Origin: a virus
IMG/VR virus record: IMGVR_UViG_3300035666_000002
DNA length: 64,000 nt
Direction: 5' to 3' (one strand)
Position 1 is the stretch's first letter, and every line of letters starts with the position of its first letter. The translations under genes were made by a program, and so were the position numbers. Positions 9,010-20,700 of the stretch are shown here, piece after piece. The notes beneath the pieces are model-generated. The model was given only the letters and a program-made list of their open reading frames with translations, did no database searches and was not told where the DNA came from.

Positions 9010-11610
9010 TTATACAGGAATTAATGTTCTCATGGCTTTATATGTCGTAGAAGCATTAGTTGGTGTTGATAACAATCTAACTTGGCCTCCAGTTATATTG
9101 GCATCAAATGTTGCTAAAGATGCTCCAGTTCTTATCTCACCATATTGCACTAAAAATACTGTGCTACCATCATGGACTAAACTTATCTCTATGACTTGAT
9201 ATGCAGAACCACTTGTTATCTGAACAAAGTATTTTGCTGATCTATAAACAGAAGAACTAAAGAAATCTAATATAAACTCTGTTGTACTAGACGTTGTTTG
9301 TGTAGTTGATGATAATGTAGAATTGGTGTTAAGTGTAATTGAAGTATTTGATATGAGAGAAGAACCAGTTAATGTTGAACTAGTTGTTAAAGCTCCAGTC
9401 ATAACATCGCCAGATTTATTGACTTTGGCGATATTAATTGCTCCAGTGTTGGCTAAAATTTCTAATCTAGCCGCACCCGTATTTGCTTGTGCAGCAGCGG
9501 TATCAGCAATTCTGGCGGCACCAACGTTCGCCTGATATGCATTGGTAATCGATGTTGTGGTTGATATTAAACCAGCACCAACATTAGCTTGAGAGATAGT
9601 CTGGTATGAAATTAAACCAGCACCAACATTAGCTTGTGAAGAGGCGGTATCAGCAATTCTAGCGGCACCGATATTTGCTTCGTATGCATTTGTAACAGAA
9701 ATTAAGCCTGCACCAACATTAGATTGACTACTTGATTGTATTGTATTTGCATAGTCAAGTGGATCTAATCCACGCAAACTTATTACATTTGTAACAAGAT
9801 TAGCACTTAGAGTTGCAACTCTAGTGTTTGCAACATCAATTATGTTTGTTGGTTCATTGTTTGTTAATAAATTGTCAAATAGGTAATATTTACCGTCTGA
9901 GTGTTTACGAACTAAACCGGTATGATTGTTTGGTGTGTTTGCATAGTGTCCAACAAAACCAATATCCAAAGCATCAGTTGAATTTTCAAACCCCAACTGA
10001 ATTATAGTATCAGTAACTTTAAGTGAGGTAACATTAATAGTGGTAGTGTTTCCAGCAATGGTTAAATTTCCCGTTACTGCCAAATCGCCCGAAATTGTAC
10101 CACCTGTTTTGTCCAGTTTATTTAATAAACCAGCGCCAACGTTTGCTTGATAAGCGTTTGTTACTGATATTAGACCAAGACCAACATTAGCTTCAGTCGT
10201 AGCTCTATCTGCAATTCTAGCCGCACCAACGTTTGCTTGATAAGCATTTGTTACCGATATTAGACCAAAACCAACATTTGCTTGACTTGCAGCCGTGTCG
10301 GTGATTCTAGCTGCTCCAATGTTTGCTTGGAGCCAAGTATTTGCAGTATTTGAAGATTCGAAAGCTAAATTTGCTTGATCAAAGGCTGAGTTTGCTCTGT
10401 TTGAAATGGCAATAAAGCTTGGAGTTGTGGAGTCGGACAATACTAGATCGGATGCACCAGAAATAGAAAGTGTTCCTGATGAATTGCTGATAACTGTTCC
10501 ACCCAAGTCGATAGAACCTGGTCCCACAAACAATGAATGCCAGCGTTTTGAAGGAGATCCTAAATTCCAAGTAACATCAGTATTGGGTGTAATGTTTCCT
10601 GAGACTTCAACATTTCCTAAAATTAACCCGCCAGTTTTGGCAAAGAATGTGCTATCAGCATAATTCTTTAAATTGGTATTTGCTGTTATTATCCCTATAC
10701 CAACGTTCGCTTCAGTCGTTGCTCTGTCTGCAATTCTAGCTGCACCAACATTTGCCTCATAAGCATTCGTGACTGATATTAATCCAGCACCGACGTTAGC
10801 TTGTGAAGCAGCAGCATCAGCGATTCTGGCGGCACCAATGTTTGCATATATGCTATTAACATTAGATACTAAATCTATACGAAGTTCACCAGTATTAGCA
10901 TAAACACCATTTGAAAGTAAATCAATTTTATCCAGCAAGAATATTTTTGCACCACCAACATTAGCCTGTAGCCAGGTATTTGCCGTATTCGATGAATCAT
11001 ACGCTTGTTGAGCTAAAATGTTTGCAGAATTAGCTTTATTGAAGGCTAAATTCGCTTGGTCGAATGCTGAGTTAGCAAGATTTCTAGCCGTAGTGTCTGG
11101 TGCGGATCCAGGATTTAAAAGGTTTGTTCCTGCACCACCAACGCATTCCGTTAAATCTATATAAGCTCCTCGGGCGCCACCGCCTTGCTCAAAGAATCTT
11201 ATTTTATTTTGATACGAATCAATAGTTATACCAACACCATCAAGTGTGGTATTGGTTACAGCCTTAGCTAATAATATTTCACCACCCTCATCACCGCCAG
11301 AATTGTTTGATATCAGCTTATTTGCTGTGACATCTACACTGGCTAATATTTTGTCTGTGCTAAGAGTTTTTGTGCTGGTGTCATATTTGAGATTTGCTGA
11401 AGCTCCAAATACACCAGAGTTATTGAATTGTATTTCACCGTTTAAACCGCTTGGTTCTGTTACGACATCAAATTGTGTGGCTATAGATGAAGAATTGCCA
11501 TAATACAATTTTCCATCATAATAGTTGATAGCAAGTTCACCAGGATATAATGTTGCTGGAACATTTCCTGCTTGACCTGAATTTTTTAATAAAATTATTG
11601 TATTAGCCAT
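9010..11610 (-). CDS. Tail fibre/adaptor protein with Mtd-N-like N-terminus, QANVGAARI repeats and a C-terminal YRSAKY beta domain
   Basis: MANTIILLKNSGQAGNVP...GELAINYYDGKLY; repeated QANVGA; KTGGTISGDL fibre motifs; C-terminal YRSAKYFVQI...HDG. Confidence 0.7.
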   Translation of the reverse strand: MANTIILLKNSGQAGNVPATLYPGELAINYYDGKLYYGNSSSIATQFDVVTEPSGLNGEIQFNNSGVFGASANLKYDTSTKTLSTDKILASVDVTANKLISNNSGGDEGGEILLAKAVTNTTLDGVGITIDSYQNKIRFFEQGGGARGAYIDLTECVGGAGTNLLNPGSAPDTTARNLANSAFDQANLAFNKANSANILAQQAYDSSNTANTWLQANVGGAKIFLLDKIDLLSNGVYANTGELRIDLVSNVNSIYANIGAARIADAAASQANVGAGLISVTNAYEANVGAARIADRATTEANVGIGIITANTNLKNYADSTFFAKTGGLILGNVEVSGNITPNTDVTWNLGSPSKRWHSLFVGPGSIDLGGTVISNSSGTLSISGASDLVLSDSTTPSFIAISNRANSAFDQANLAFESSNTANTWLQANIGAARITDTAASQANVGFGLISVTNAYQANVGAARIADRATTEANVGLGLISVTNAYQANVGAGLLNKLDKTGGTISGDLAVTGNLTIAGNTTTINVTSLKVTDTIIQLGFENSTDALDIGFVGHYANTPNNHTGLVRKHSDGKYYLFDNLLTNNEPTNIIDVANTRVATLSANLVTNVISLRGLDPLDYANTIQSSSQSNVGAGLISVTNAYEANIGAARIADTASSQANVGAGLISYQTISQANVGAGLISTTTSITNAYQANVGAARIADTAAAQANTGAARLEILANTGAINIAKVNKSGDVMTGALTTSSTLTGSSLISNTSITLNTNSTLSSTTQTTSSTTEFILDFFSSSVYRSAKYFVQITSGSAYQVIEISLVHDGSTVFLVQYGEIRTGASLATFDANITGGQVRLLSTPTNASTTYKAMRTLIPV

Positions 11611-11619
11611 TGCCCGATG

Positions 11620-12207
11620 TTAAAATGTGCCTCCAGACTTCACCAAATCATTTTCTTCTTGTGCATTATCTATTGGTTCTGGTTGAACATTTTCACCAAG
11701 TCTAACTTTTTTCAGTTTCGCGGCTGGAACTACGTTTTCTAATTTGAGTATGTATCTATTTAATTCTTCGATTTTATTTACGTTTTGTATCAGAATTTCT
11801 TGAGATTCAATTTTCACTTTTAAAATTTCTTTTCTTGTTTCTTCTAATTGTCTCATGTAGTCGTTTACGGCATTTTGCAATCTATTCTTTTCAGCAACAA
11901 TACTATTCATGACATTTGCTTGTGTATCCTTAGTGTTTAACGAAGATTTCAAGTTATCTTTTTCACTTATCAATGAATTTATTTGTTTATCTTTTTCGCT
12001 TAAATTAAAATCTCTTTGTTGCAAGCCATGTTGTAACTCTTCATTTCTTCTAGACAAATCATTAACTTGCCTTCTAAAATCTTCGAGAACTTCAAATTCA
12101 TTTTTATTAACTTCTAATTGAGCTTGAAACATAACGTTTTGCTTGATAACAGAAACAAAATTATCAAGCAAAACGTTAACATAAGCATTTTGTAACTTCA
12201 CATCCAT
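11620..12207 (-). CDS. Coiled-coil hypothetical protein ending in GGTF
   Basis: Heptad-rich E/K/Q/L sequence; GGAG SD upstream. Confidence 0.7.
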   Translation of the reverse strand: MDVKLQNAYVNVLLDNFVSVIKQNVMFQAQLEVNKNEFEVLEDFRRQVNDLSRRNEELQHGLQQRDFNLSEKDKQINSLISEKDNLKSSLNTKDTQANVMNSIVAEKNRLQNAVNDYMRQLEETRKEILKVKIESQEILIQNVNKIEELNRYILKLENVVPAAKLKKVRLGENVQPEPIDNAQEENDLVKSGGTF

Positions 12208-12229
12208 GATAAACTCCGTTCAAAATAAT

Positions 12230-14137
12230 TTAGAATGTTCCACCACTTATTGTATATGTATATCGTATTTCTTTTGTAGATGCATTGTATATCATAAAGC
12301 CGTCATATGTTGCATCTTGTGTTGCAGTGAAACGAATTGGATTAACATAGAACCCAGACTGCGAAGCACTTAGATTATTTCCTGAAGCATTCAATACAAT
12401 ACTGTTTGCTGCACCAGATTCAAATCCTGCTTTATTACCAATTGCAATTGCATTAACACCTATTGAAGTTGTGTTTCCTTTACCTGCTTGATTACCAATT
12501 ACAACTGAGTAATTACCTTGTGATCCTCCAGTATCATAACCCATCGCAATCGCATACTGTCCCTGATTACTACCAGAAGATCCACCGATTGCAATACCAT
12601 TATATCCTTGAGCACTTATACCTGCATTCAAACCAATCGCGATTGCCACTTGACCTTGGTTCTGATTACCAGCACCATAACCTATCGCAATACCGTAAGC
12701 ACCTTGAGTATTGTAACCGGCAGATTCGCCGATTGCAACCGCTTGTGCTCCTTGAGCTATCGTACCTGCGAATTCACCAAATGCAACAGCACTGTCTGCT
12801 GTATCTTTTATAATTGCACCATTTGCAAGAAGAATACTTGTTGCGTTTGTGGTGATTTGACCACTGCTCTCTAAAGTGAAATTATAGTTACCATTTACAA
12901 GAGCAGTGATCGAAGTATTTGTAACTCCAGATACTCTGCCGTAATTATCTACTGTTATGACTGGAACATGAGTCGTGTTTCCATATGTTCCGGCTGAACT
13001 TGTATTTGAGAGTACACCTAGAGCACCGCTACCATTACCAACTAAAATTGAACCTGTTGTAAACGATGATTGTCCAGTACCACCATTTCCAACAGACAAA
13101 TCATTCGTCAGTGTTAATGTACCAATCGTTGCTTCTGTAAAACTACCAACATTAGAAGAAACTAATTTACCGATTAAGTTCGCACGAACATTAGCATAAA
13201 CTAAAGATGGATTCGCTAAATTGAGTGTATTAGTAACAAATTCTTCATTATAACCAGTAAAAATGTAAGCATCATTTGTTGCTGCTTTACGAATAATACC
13301 AAAATGATTATTTGAGCCTGACTCATTATAATGACCAACGAAGCCTATATCAACAATGTCCGATGTGGTATTATTTGCCGCAAGGAAAATAACAGGGTCA
13401 GTAATATTCAATGATTGTACACCGATTGATGTTACATTGCCGGAAATAGTTAAGTTGCCTGTGAGACTTAGATCACCAGAAATTGTTTGGTTACCAGTCG
13501 TTCTAATAACCGTATTATCAACATCAATTTTAATTGTATCTGTAGGATCAATAGAGGTTGTGATTCCGTCACCGCCAGCAACAGTTAATGTTTCCGTTAG
13601 CAACGAAATTGTATTGATGCCTGTATCAGCAGCAATACTTAAATTTGTAGAAATACTGACATTTGCAGCATAACTAATACGTCCTTTTGTATCTACAGTA
13701 AAGACTGGAACATTAGCTGTTCCACCGTATGTTCCAGATGAAACTCCAGTTGTTTTCAGATTACCTTGGAGAACAACATCTGATGTTCCATTGAAACTGA
13801 CAGCAGCAGAATCTACATCAGAACCATCAATACTGAAATTTCTTCCATTTAATAAAGATGTGGCAGTATCAGCATTACCTTTAAAACCATTCGCTGTAAC
13901 AAAATTGAAAGAAACATTCCCCGCAAGGTCTCTTAGTGCAATGGTATTAGCAGTTGGTGAAGCAGTTGCATTATCGATTCTTGTGGTATACGATTTACCA
14001 CCGATGGCAACGACACCAGAACCATCATCAATCCAAAGTACCCCAGATACATTAGAATATGCGGGTTCTGCAACATTTAATGTTGGTGGTTGGGAAGTTA
14101 CATTTGAATATTTTAGCTGGATTACGGTGTTTGCCAT
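12230..14137 (-). CDS. Tail fibre protein with YadA-head-like AIG repeats
   Basis: Likely start MANTVIQLKYS at 14137; VPVFTVDTKGRI fibre motif; repeated AVAIG/GIAIG units near the C-terminus; ends SGGTF. Confidence 0.7.
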   Translation of the reverse strand: MANTVIQLKYSNVTSQPPTLNVAEPAYSNVSGVLWIDDGSGVVAIGGKSYTTRIDNATASPTANTIALRDLAGNVSFNFVTANGFKGNADTATSLLNGRNFSIDGSDVDSAAVSFNGTSDVVLQGNLKTTGVSSGTYGGTANVPVFTVDTKGRISYAANVSISTNLSIAADTGINTISLLTETLTVAGGDGITTSIDPTDTIKIDVDNTVIRTTGNQTISGDLSLTGNLTISGNVTSIGVQSLNITDPVIFLAANNTTSDIVDIGFVGHYNESGSNNHFGIIRKAATNDAYIFTGYNEEFVTNTLNLANPSLVYANVRANLIGKLVSSNVGSFTEATIGTLTLTNDLSVGNGGTGQSSFTTGSILVGNGSGALGVLSNTSSAGTYGNTTHVPVITVDNYGRVSGVTNTSITALVNGNYNFTLESSGQITTNATSILLANGAIIKDTADSAVAFGEFAGTIAQGAQAVAIGESAGYNTQGAYGIAIGYGAGNQNQGQVAIAIGLNAGISAQGYNGIAIGGSSGSNQGQYAIAMGYDTGGSQGNYSVVIGNQAGKGNTTSIGVNAIAIGNKAGFESGAANSIVLNASGNNLSASQSGFYVNPIRFTATQDATYDGFMIYNASTKEIRYTYTISGGTF

Positions 14138-14171
14138 TTTTTGCCCTATTGAGTTATTATTGTATTTATCC

Positions 14172-14420
14172 CTAAAACGAACCACCATTTATGGAACGAA
14201 TAGCCACTTGTGTAAGAGATTGATTGGTAAATTTTTGTTGTGTCGCATCATAAGCAACCACATCTCCGTTTTGTAGACCTGAAACTGAGGTGTCTACAAG
14301 TTCAACCAAAGCTACATTAGGTTTAGGTTTAAATTTTGGATCCGCTATTGTAGTTCTTACACTACCAGAAACAGAAACTTTTCCTATTATTCCTGGTGTT
14401 CTTATTTTAACAGTTGTCAT
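14172..14420 (-). CDS. Small fibre-associated hypothetical protein ending in GGSF
   Basis: LVDTSVSGLQNGDVVAYDATQQKF motif typical of phage fibre proteins; sits within the operon. Confidence 0.6.
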   Translation of the reverse strand: MTTVKIRTPGIIGKVSVSGSVRTTIADPKFKPKPNVALVELVDTSVSGLQNGDVVAYDATQQKFTNQSLTQVAIRSINGGSF

Positions 14421-14421
14421 T

Positions 14422-14754
14422 TTATCTCGTTACAGATGGTAGAACTGTTACGATTCCTTCAACCACTCTCGTAACAACATTTGCTGAAGAAGTGATAATA
14501 ACGTCATAAACATATCTTCCAGGAGTTAAATTAGCCGTGTTTGCAGCCGACATCGACAAGGTTATCTCACCATTAGATGTTCCTGTTACCGTAGAAACTA
14601 TGGTAGTTGATGATGTCGAATAATAAGATTTACGCATTTGGGAACCGGAGGTGTATGCATAAAGATTAATAGCATCGCCATTAGAATCTTCAACATTCAG
14701 AAGACTACTAAAAGTAGCCCCCTGCTCTATTACTAACTCGGAAAAGGCTGCCAA
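14422..14754 (-). CDS. Small virion structural/adaptor protein (BppU-N/LtfC-like)
   Basis: IEQGATF...GRYVYDV...RVVEGIVTV pattern; AGGAG SD with TTG start. Confidence 0.6.
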   Translation of the reverse strand: MAAFSELVIEQGATFSSLLNVEDSNGDAINLYAYTSGSQMRKSYYSTSSTTIVSTVTGTSNGEITLSMSAANTANLTPGRYVYDVIITSSANVVTRVVEGIVTVLPSVTR

Positions 14755-14764
14755 GATTTACTCC

Positions 14765-17700
14765 TTAAATTTTCTTTTTAATATCTTCAATTTCCGATTT
14801 CAATTCTTTAATTGCTTCAATCAATAAAGGAATCATTCTGTCATATTTCACGGTTAAGAATTGGCTTCCGATTGGAGCTGGAACAACAACTTCTGGAAGA
14901 ACTTTTTGAACTTCTTGAGCAGAAACACCAACCTGAACAGAATCATCATAACCCAAAGATTTAGCTAATTCATTTGGCTGATAATAGAAACCTGCAAGCT
15001 GTACAACTTTATCGATAGCATTTTCAATATTACCTATCTTATCTTTTAGCTTATCATCAGAGTAGCCAGAAGTAATATCACCTGTTGCTCTTATTTCACC
15101 TGTGGTTCCTGATGCGGCCGTACCCACACCAAGAGAAGCGAATTGAGGTGTCCCTGTTGTTCCTAAAGATATCGCGGTGTTTGTAACTGTTGTAATATGA
15201 CCTCTGTCATTTACAGTAAACACCGGAATCTCAGTAGCAGAACCGTGTGTTGCAGCAACAACCCCTGAGGTATCATGTGAAATTGATAATGCACCGTTTG
15301 TTAATGATGCAGTAATTGGTGCTGTTCCTGATACTGATCTTGCAACTCTGACACCACCATCGAACACACCTGTTGCACCATAAACTGGACCAGTTGAAAC
15401 CACATTTGCTGCCCAAACATTTCCAGCTACACCAACACCACCAGAAACTTTTAATGAACCAGTAGAGGTAGAAGTTGCTGCTGTAGTGTCAGTGATTGTA
15501 AGGGCACCAGTTAACGTTCCACCACCTGTGCTCAGATATGTTCCATCATGGTTGTGATTTGATAAAGAAACTGTAGCACCAGCAGAGTCGGTGATATGAC
15601 CGAAACCGTCTATTGTTAAAGAGGTTATAACACCTGTTGTACCTGATGTGAATGGTCCTGTTGGTCCTAATGCTCCAGATAATGTTGAAGTGTCAGCGTG
15701 ACCAATAGATAGATTACCATTAGCAGCTAGAGAACTCACAATTCCTGTTTGAGGATTCACCGATCTTGCAACTCTCACACCACCATCAAATACTCCTGTT
15801 GCACCGTAAACTGGTCCTGTTGAAACAAGATTTGCTGCCCAAGCATTTCCAGAAACACCTATACCGCCAGAAGTTACTATCGAACCTGTAGTTCTTGAAG
15901 TTGAAGCATCGGTTGATAAAACTTCAATAAAACCACCAGCTTCAATATTTAAAGCAGTTGAATATAGTTGATCCGCATACAAATCACCACTAACACCGGC
16001 ACCACCCGCTACAATTAATGCTCCAGTTATTCTTGATGTTGCGACCGTTGCATTCGCAATATTCAATGCTCCAGTCATTGTATCACCGGTCACATTAACA
16101 AATCTACTATCTGCTTCTGTTTCCGTATAATAACGGTCATCCAAGTTTACGGAACCTAAAGCTGTTATATGCCCATTAGTGTCCAGTGTAACATCTTGTA
16201 TTACATTTCCAGCACTGTTATCAACACTTGCTTGAGTTGATGTATCATCATGTGAAATGTAAAGTTTTCCGTTTGCAGCTAACGAACCTAGTATTGATGA
16301 TGAAGCAACTATTGCGCTTGCAACTCTTACACCAGTATCAAATACGCCTGTTGCGCCGTAAACTGGACCAGTTGAAACAAGATTTGCTGCCCAAACATTT
16401 CCAGCCACACCTATACCGCCACCACCAACACCACCACCAACAATTAAAGCACCAGTAGCCGTGGAAGTTGCTGCTGTGGTAGTAGCAATGTTTAAAGCAC
16501 CAGTCATTGTATCACCGGTCACATTAACAAATCTATTATCAGATTCGGTTTCGGTGTAATAACGGTCATCCAAGTTTACGGAACCTAAAGCTGTTATATG
16601 TCCAAAACCATCTAATGTAACATCTTGTATTACATTTCCAGCACTGTTATCAACATTTTCTTGAGTTGATGTATCCTGGTGCGAAATATACAGCCTTCCA
16701 TTGGCAGCTAACGAACCTAATATTGCAGAGGATGCAGTAATCGCACTTGCAACTCTAGTTCCAGTGTCATAAACTGGTCCAGTTGAAACCACATTTGCTG
16801 CCCAAACATTTCCAGCTACACCAACACCACCAGAAACTTTTAATGAACCAGTAGAGGTAGAAGTTGCTGCTGTATTATCAGTAATTGTAAGAGCACCAGT
16901 CATTGTATCGCCGGTCACATTAACGAATCTACTGTCAGATTCGGCTTCAGTGTAATAACGATCATCCAAGTTTACAGAACCTAAAGCTGTTATATGACCG
17001 AAACCGTCTAATGTAACATCTTGTATTACATTTCCAGCACTGTTATCAACATTTTCTTGAGTTGACGTATCTTCATGAGAGACATATAGTCTTCCATTGG
17101 CGGCTAAAGAACCTAATATTGCAGACGATGCAGTAATCGCACTTGCAACTCTTGTACCGGTATCGAACACTCCTGTTGCACCGTAAATTGGACCAGTTGA
17201 AACAAGATTTGCTGCCCAAGCACTTCCAGCAATACCAGCGCCACCTCCAACTATTAACGCACCAGTAATCGTAGAAGTTGCTGCCGTGTTAATAGCAACG
17301 TTTAAAGCACCAGTCATTGTATCACCAGATTTATTAACTTTAGTAATAAGCCCAGCACCAACGTTTGCTTGATATGCACTAGTTACTGCAATATCTCCAG
17401 CACCAGCATTAGCTGTTGTTCCAACAATAAACTGCCCAGAGTTATCTCGGAGAACCCAATAATCATTGCCCTCATCATAACGAATGTAAACATTAGGAGA
17501 ATTGGCTATATTCCCTCTGTTAATTATAATGCCAGCATTTTGTGTTGGCATCATATTAGTTGTATGATTGGAATTTAATACAATTTCATTATCTGCTAAA
17601 TTAATTTCTTCTGTGTTTATAGTAGTAATAGAGCCACTTACAGTTAAACTACCAGAAATCGTCAGATCACTAGAAATTGTTCCTCCAGTTTTTGGAAGGA

Positions 17701-20700
17701 AAGTAGAATCTGCATAATTTTTTAACTTAGTGTTGGCAGTATCAATATCCGCTCTAGCGGTAATTAATGCTACTCCAGAATTTGCTTGTGCATTAGCAGC
17801 ATCAGCAATCCTAGCAGCACCAATATTAGCTGCTAGTGAAGTATTGGCGTTTTGAGTATCAAGTCTTAATTGACCAACGTTTGCTTGATATGCATTGGTA
17901 ATCGATATTAAACCAGCACCAACGTTTGCTTGACCACTCAGCACAGCAGTTCTGACTGCATTTGAAGTTGCAACATTAGATGAACTATCAAGTGAAATGC
18001 TGTTACTCATTAAGTTGGCAGTTAATATTCTAGAATATGCAGTGGAATCATCGAGATTTCCCACATCTCTAAATTCCCAAACTTTAGAAACTTCGCTCCA
18101 ACGAAGATCGGCATCTTTATTATCTTGATCGAATGTTAGTGTTGTTCCATTGTTAGCAAAGTTTATTGGTGTTGATGTTGCTGGAGAAGCAGAATTATAT
18201 CCAGCAGAAGTTGTTACTTTGAAGAAGTTAGAGTTTGTTCCGCCAACTGCAACCGCTCCACTTGCATTCAAAACAAGAACACGATATATCGTATTATTTG
18301 AAAGACCTGTTACTGGTGATCCAACACTTGCTGCACTAATGTTTGTGAACATAACATTTTGACCCATAGAAAATCCATGAGCAGACATGTTAATAGTATC
18401 ACTTGTTCCATCTAATGTTGCTGTAGCATTTACTCTGTTAATCGTGATATAATCATATCCTGCGCCAATAGTTTGCTTAGTCGTTGCCATCAACTTAATT
18501 CTATTGGTATCAACTAATTGTTGCCCAGTTATAGTGAAATCACCACCAACAGAAACTCCACCAGTAATAGCTAAGGAACCGGTTATTGTTTGTGAGGTTG
18601 AAGTTAATTTCACATGATTAGCAAATGCTGATATATTTGCTGCACCGACATTAGCCTGATATGCATTTGTGATAGCAATCCTAGCTGCACCGACATTAGC
18701 CTGATATGCATTTGTAACAGTGATATCTCCAGCACCCGAATTTGCTTGTGCATTAGCGGTATCAGTAATTCTAGCAGCACCAACGTTTGCTTGTGCAGCA
18801 GCGACATCAGCAATTCTAGCAGCACCAACGTTTGCTTGAAAAAGGAGAACCGCAGTATTAATAGAATTTGCTGTTGCTGCGGTAGTCGTACTGGTGCTAG
18901 TAATAGAGTCTGTAAGTTGTAGAATACCCGTTTCTGTTGTAGAACCAGTTCTAATTGCAACATTTTGAGCAGATGTAATATGCCCTCTATCATTAACCGT
19001 AAATGAAGCAACATTTACACTATTACCATAAGTTGTTGCAGTCACACCAGAAACATCATGAGATATTGCTAATGCACCTGTCGAAGAATTTAAAGTGGCA
19101 CTTATTGGTGCGGTTGCTGATACAGTTCTAGCCACTCTGTTTCCGTTATCGTAAACCGAAGAAGCATATAAATTTACAGCAGAAAGATTGCTGGTTATTC
19201 TAGCATTGTCAGCAACTAAAGTGCCAGTCGCTACAAAACTGTTTGCTGTTACATTAGCAGTAATTCTAGCATTGTCAGCAACTAAAGTGCCAGTCGCTAC
19301 AAAACTGTTTGCTGTTACATTAGCAGTAATTCTAGCGTTATCCGCAACTAATGAATTTGATGCTGTTATACTGGAAACATTAGCGTTATCAGAAATTCTA
19401 GCATTGGTAGCATTTATAGTTGTTGCAGTTGTTTCAGTAAAAGTAGCATTGGATGTAATTCTAGCATTATCAACAACTAAAGAGCCTGTTCCCACAAAAC
19501 TGTTTGCGGTCACATTAGCTGTAATTCTAGCGTTATCCGCAACTAATGAATTTGAAATAGTAACATTAGCTACGTTAGCGTTACCAGAAATTCTAGCATT
19601 GGTAGCATTTATAGTTGTTGCAGTTGTTTCACCAAACGTGGCGTTAGCAGTAATTCTAGCGTTATCCGCAACTAAAGTGCCAGTTGCTACAAAACTGTTT
19701 GCTGTTACGTTAGCAGTGATTCTAGCACTATCAACAACTAACGAACCTGTTCCTACAAAACTGTTCGCTGTTACATTAGCTGTAATTCTAGCATTATCAA
19801 CAACTAAAGAGCCTGTTCCCACAAAACTGTTTGCGGTCACATTAGCAGTAATTCTGGCATTGTCAGCAACTAATGAATTTGATGCTGTTATACTAGAAAC
19901 ATTAGCGTTACCAGAAATTCTAGCATTGGTAGCATTTATAGTTGTTGCAGTGGTTTCACCGAACGTGGCGTTAGCCGTAATCCTAGCGTTATTAACAACT
20001 AAAGATCCTGTTCCTACAAAACTGTTTGCGGTCACATTAGCTGTAATTCTGGCGTTATCCGCAACTAATGAATTTGTTGCTATAAAATCTGTTGCATGTA
20101 CGTTTGCTGATACACCAACACCACCTTCGACAATTAATGATCCTGTTGTTTTTGATGATGAAACTAGACCACTACCTAATCTTAAATTGCCAGTGATGTT
20201 GGAATTACCTTGGACAGTTAATGATCCGTTAGCACCACCATTTGCTGTATTTGCTGCATAAATGTATAGATTTCCAGCACTATTGGACGCAAGACTTCCC
20301 AAAGAAAGTAAAACAGTGTTATTAACTGCACCGGCAGCATCACCTTTAACTGTAACATTTCCAGAAATGAATGCTGATTTTGATACTCCAACACCACCGT
20401 ATATTATTGCAGCACCAGAAATATTTGAAGAAGTTTCCGTTGTATCATTAACTCTTAGTGATCCAGTCGATGTTGCATTCGCAGTTGTTAAATTGCCAGC
20501 AGTTGTATTCCCAGTAATTATGGCAATACTATCAACAAGTAAATTACCACTCTGCGTAGTTCCAGATACAGTTACATTAACATTTGCAACAATATTATTT
20601 GTTCTTACATTTTGAGTTACTTGTAAATTCGTATTTACGGTTGCATTGTTTGCAACAAAAAGAGCAGTTCCAACTCCGTAGATAAAGACATTTGCACCTA

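Noticed and set aside
9010-14137. Diversity-generating retroelement suggested by Mtd-N-like domains
   Set aside because: No reverse transcriptase and no template/variable repeat pair differing only at adenines seen in the window
19188-20615. 357-aa and 117-aa hydrophobic plus-strand ORFs
   Set aside because: Antisense of the Thr/Ala/Asn-rich fibre repeats
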